DNA of 64,000 nucleotides from an uncultured Mycoplasmatota bacterium (GTDB lineage Bacteria; Bacillota_I; Bacilli_A; RF39; UBA660): NCBI GenBank assembly GCA_900546715.1, contig UREA01000001.1, positions 9,141 to 73,140 of the forward strand, read 5' to 3'. Shown piece by piece: positions 63,558 to 64,000 of this stretch (position 1 is its first letter; each line of letters starts with the position of its first letter). The notes under the pieces were generated by a model. It saw only the letters and a program-made list of their open reading frames with translations, ran no database searches and was not told where the DNA came from. The position numbers and the translations under genes were made by a program.

Positions 63558-63845
63558 TTATTCTACTATTGCAATATATCCGTCATTATTTAAAGATACA
63601 TATCCAGTTGTTGTTGTATTTTCTGGATTCCACTTATCTGGATCAATTTCAGTGCCATCTGCACATACACACCATCCATCCTTTACTCCGGAAACTTCCC
63701 CATCTGGGCAAATATTTTTACATGTATTCATAGTAAGACCAGATTGAATAGATGGCCAAATAAAGAAATAGAAGAATGCTCCAACTGCTGCAATAGCAAC
63801 AACAGTAACAACAGTCATATTTAATTCGCCAGTAGCTTCTTTCAT
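63558..63845 (-). CDS. Short Cys-rich pilin-like protein (paralog 1, probable major subunit)
   Basis: 95 aa. AAGGAGG RBS and its own strong promoter. MKEATGELNMTVVTVVAIAAVGAFFYFFIWPSI followed by a small 4-Cys domain. Confidence 0.6.
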   Translation of the reverse strand: MKEATGELNMTVVTVVAIAAVGAFFYFFIWPSIQSGLTMNTCKNICPDGEVSGVKDGWCVCADGTEIDPDKWNPENTTTTGYVSLNNDGYIAIVE

Positions 63846-63877
63846 AAATTTTTTTCCTCCTTTTATATTACATATTT

Positions 63878-63906
63878 ATTATAACTTATTTTTTCTTAAA
63901 TATCAA
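63878..63906 (-). promoter_or_regulatory. Strong sigma-A promoter in front of the pilin-like genes
   Basis: Minus strand TTGATA (63906-63901), 17 nt, TATAAT (63883-63878). Confidence 0.6.
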
Positions 63907-63929
63907 TTTATTTTAAATAATTTTGTAAA

Positions 63930-64000
63930 CTAAATGCCCATCATTTGTACAACTGCTAAAATAAGTAAAATCATCATTCCAAAACCAGTACATACAAGCA
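63930..64000 (-). CDS. 3' end of a membrane protein gene (possibly a GspF/TadC-type platform protein); starts beyond the right edge
   Basis: Own translation of the open minus-strand frame: ..LVCTGFGMMILLILAVVQMMGI* (stop TAG at 63932-63930). A hydrophobic C-terminus ending ..QMxGI resembles T2SS-F-family ends. Too short for certainty. Confidence 0.3.
   Translation of the reverse strand, partial: LVCTGFGMMILLILAVVQMMGI

Noticed and set aside
61624-63747. ORFs 61624-61866 (-) and 63508-63747 (+).
   Set aside because: The first straddles the junction of two supported genes in a third frame. The second is antisense to the pilin-like genes. Neither has an RBS.
1-64000. Alternative genetic code (UGA = Trp, Mollicutes-like), considered because of the very low GC and the rpoE/Erysipelotrichia-like features.
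   Set aside because: All conserved genes are full length under code 11. Trp positions in conserved motifs are TGG, and TGA is used as a genuine stop (for example at 25155 and 61242).

Overview
AT-rich (by eye about 70% A+T) chromosomal segment of a low-GC, spore-forming Firmicute, with almost all genes on the minus strand. RNA polymerase delta subunit (rpoE) together with sporulation genes (spoIIR, CotF-like) and the argS/DUF1934 and prmC-prfA synteny suggests Bacilli/Erysipelotrichia rather than Clostridia (inference only). Standard code 11 fits all ORFs.

**1-10.2 kb, housekeeping block:** truncated SGNH-like gene, murA, mntP-like, spoIIR, prmC, prfA, rpoE, argS, rarA, MBL hydrolase.

**10.2-12.0 kb:** an IS6-family element with clear inverted repeats and an 8-bp target duplication, inserted 22 bp upstream of the MBL gene.

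**7.1-7.5 and 12.2-12.6 kb:** two paralogous ~360-bp intergenic modules that look like type I toxin-antitoxin loci. Each has a small hydrophobic or cationic ORF, convergent sigma-A promoters and 5'/3' pairing, and is preceded by tandem, 10-bp-phased Spo0A boxes (TGTCGAA).

**12.6-57.7 kb, accessory and housekeeping mix:**
- esterase and many small membrane proteins
- TetR, GntR and XRE regulators
- several ABC transporters
- copZ-copA
- an orphan HExxH protein behind a Spo0A-box promoter
- an LRR protein
- a flavodoxin/cupin/cyclophilin-like operon and a DUF362 gene that share a MerR-type 19-bp-spacer operator
- AlbA_2/Schlafen-like regulator, CDF transporter, SufCD, ogt
- a two-component system with an FN3 surface protein
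- Fic protein
- GH25 muramidase, trxB, lgt, uvrA

**59.4-64.0 kb, best candidate for an undescribed system:** a compact minus-strand cluster that resembles a Tad/type IV filament locus but lacks canonical prepilin motifs. It contains:
- a platform-like protein C-terminus at the right edge
- two Cys-rich pilin-like paralogs with their own strong promoter
- two TadE-like paralogs, one fused to SH3b plus an M15 (VanY-like) peptidase
- a CpaE/TadZ-like protein without a Walker A lysine
- two 2-TM VirB2/Maff2-like paralogs

No rRNA, tRNA or CRISPR array was seen. All calls come from reading the sequence and ORF translations; no database search was possible.
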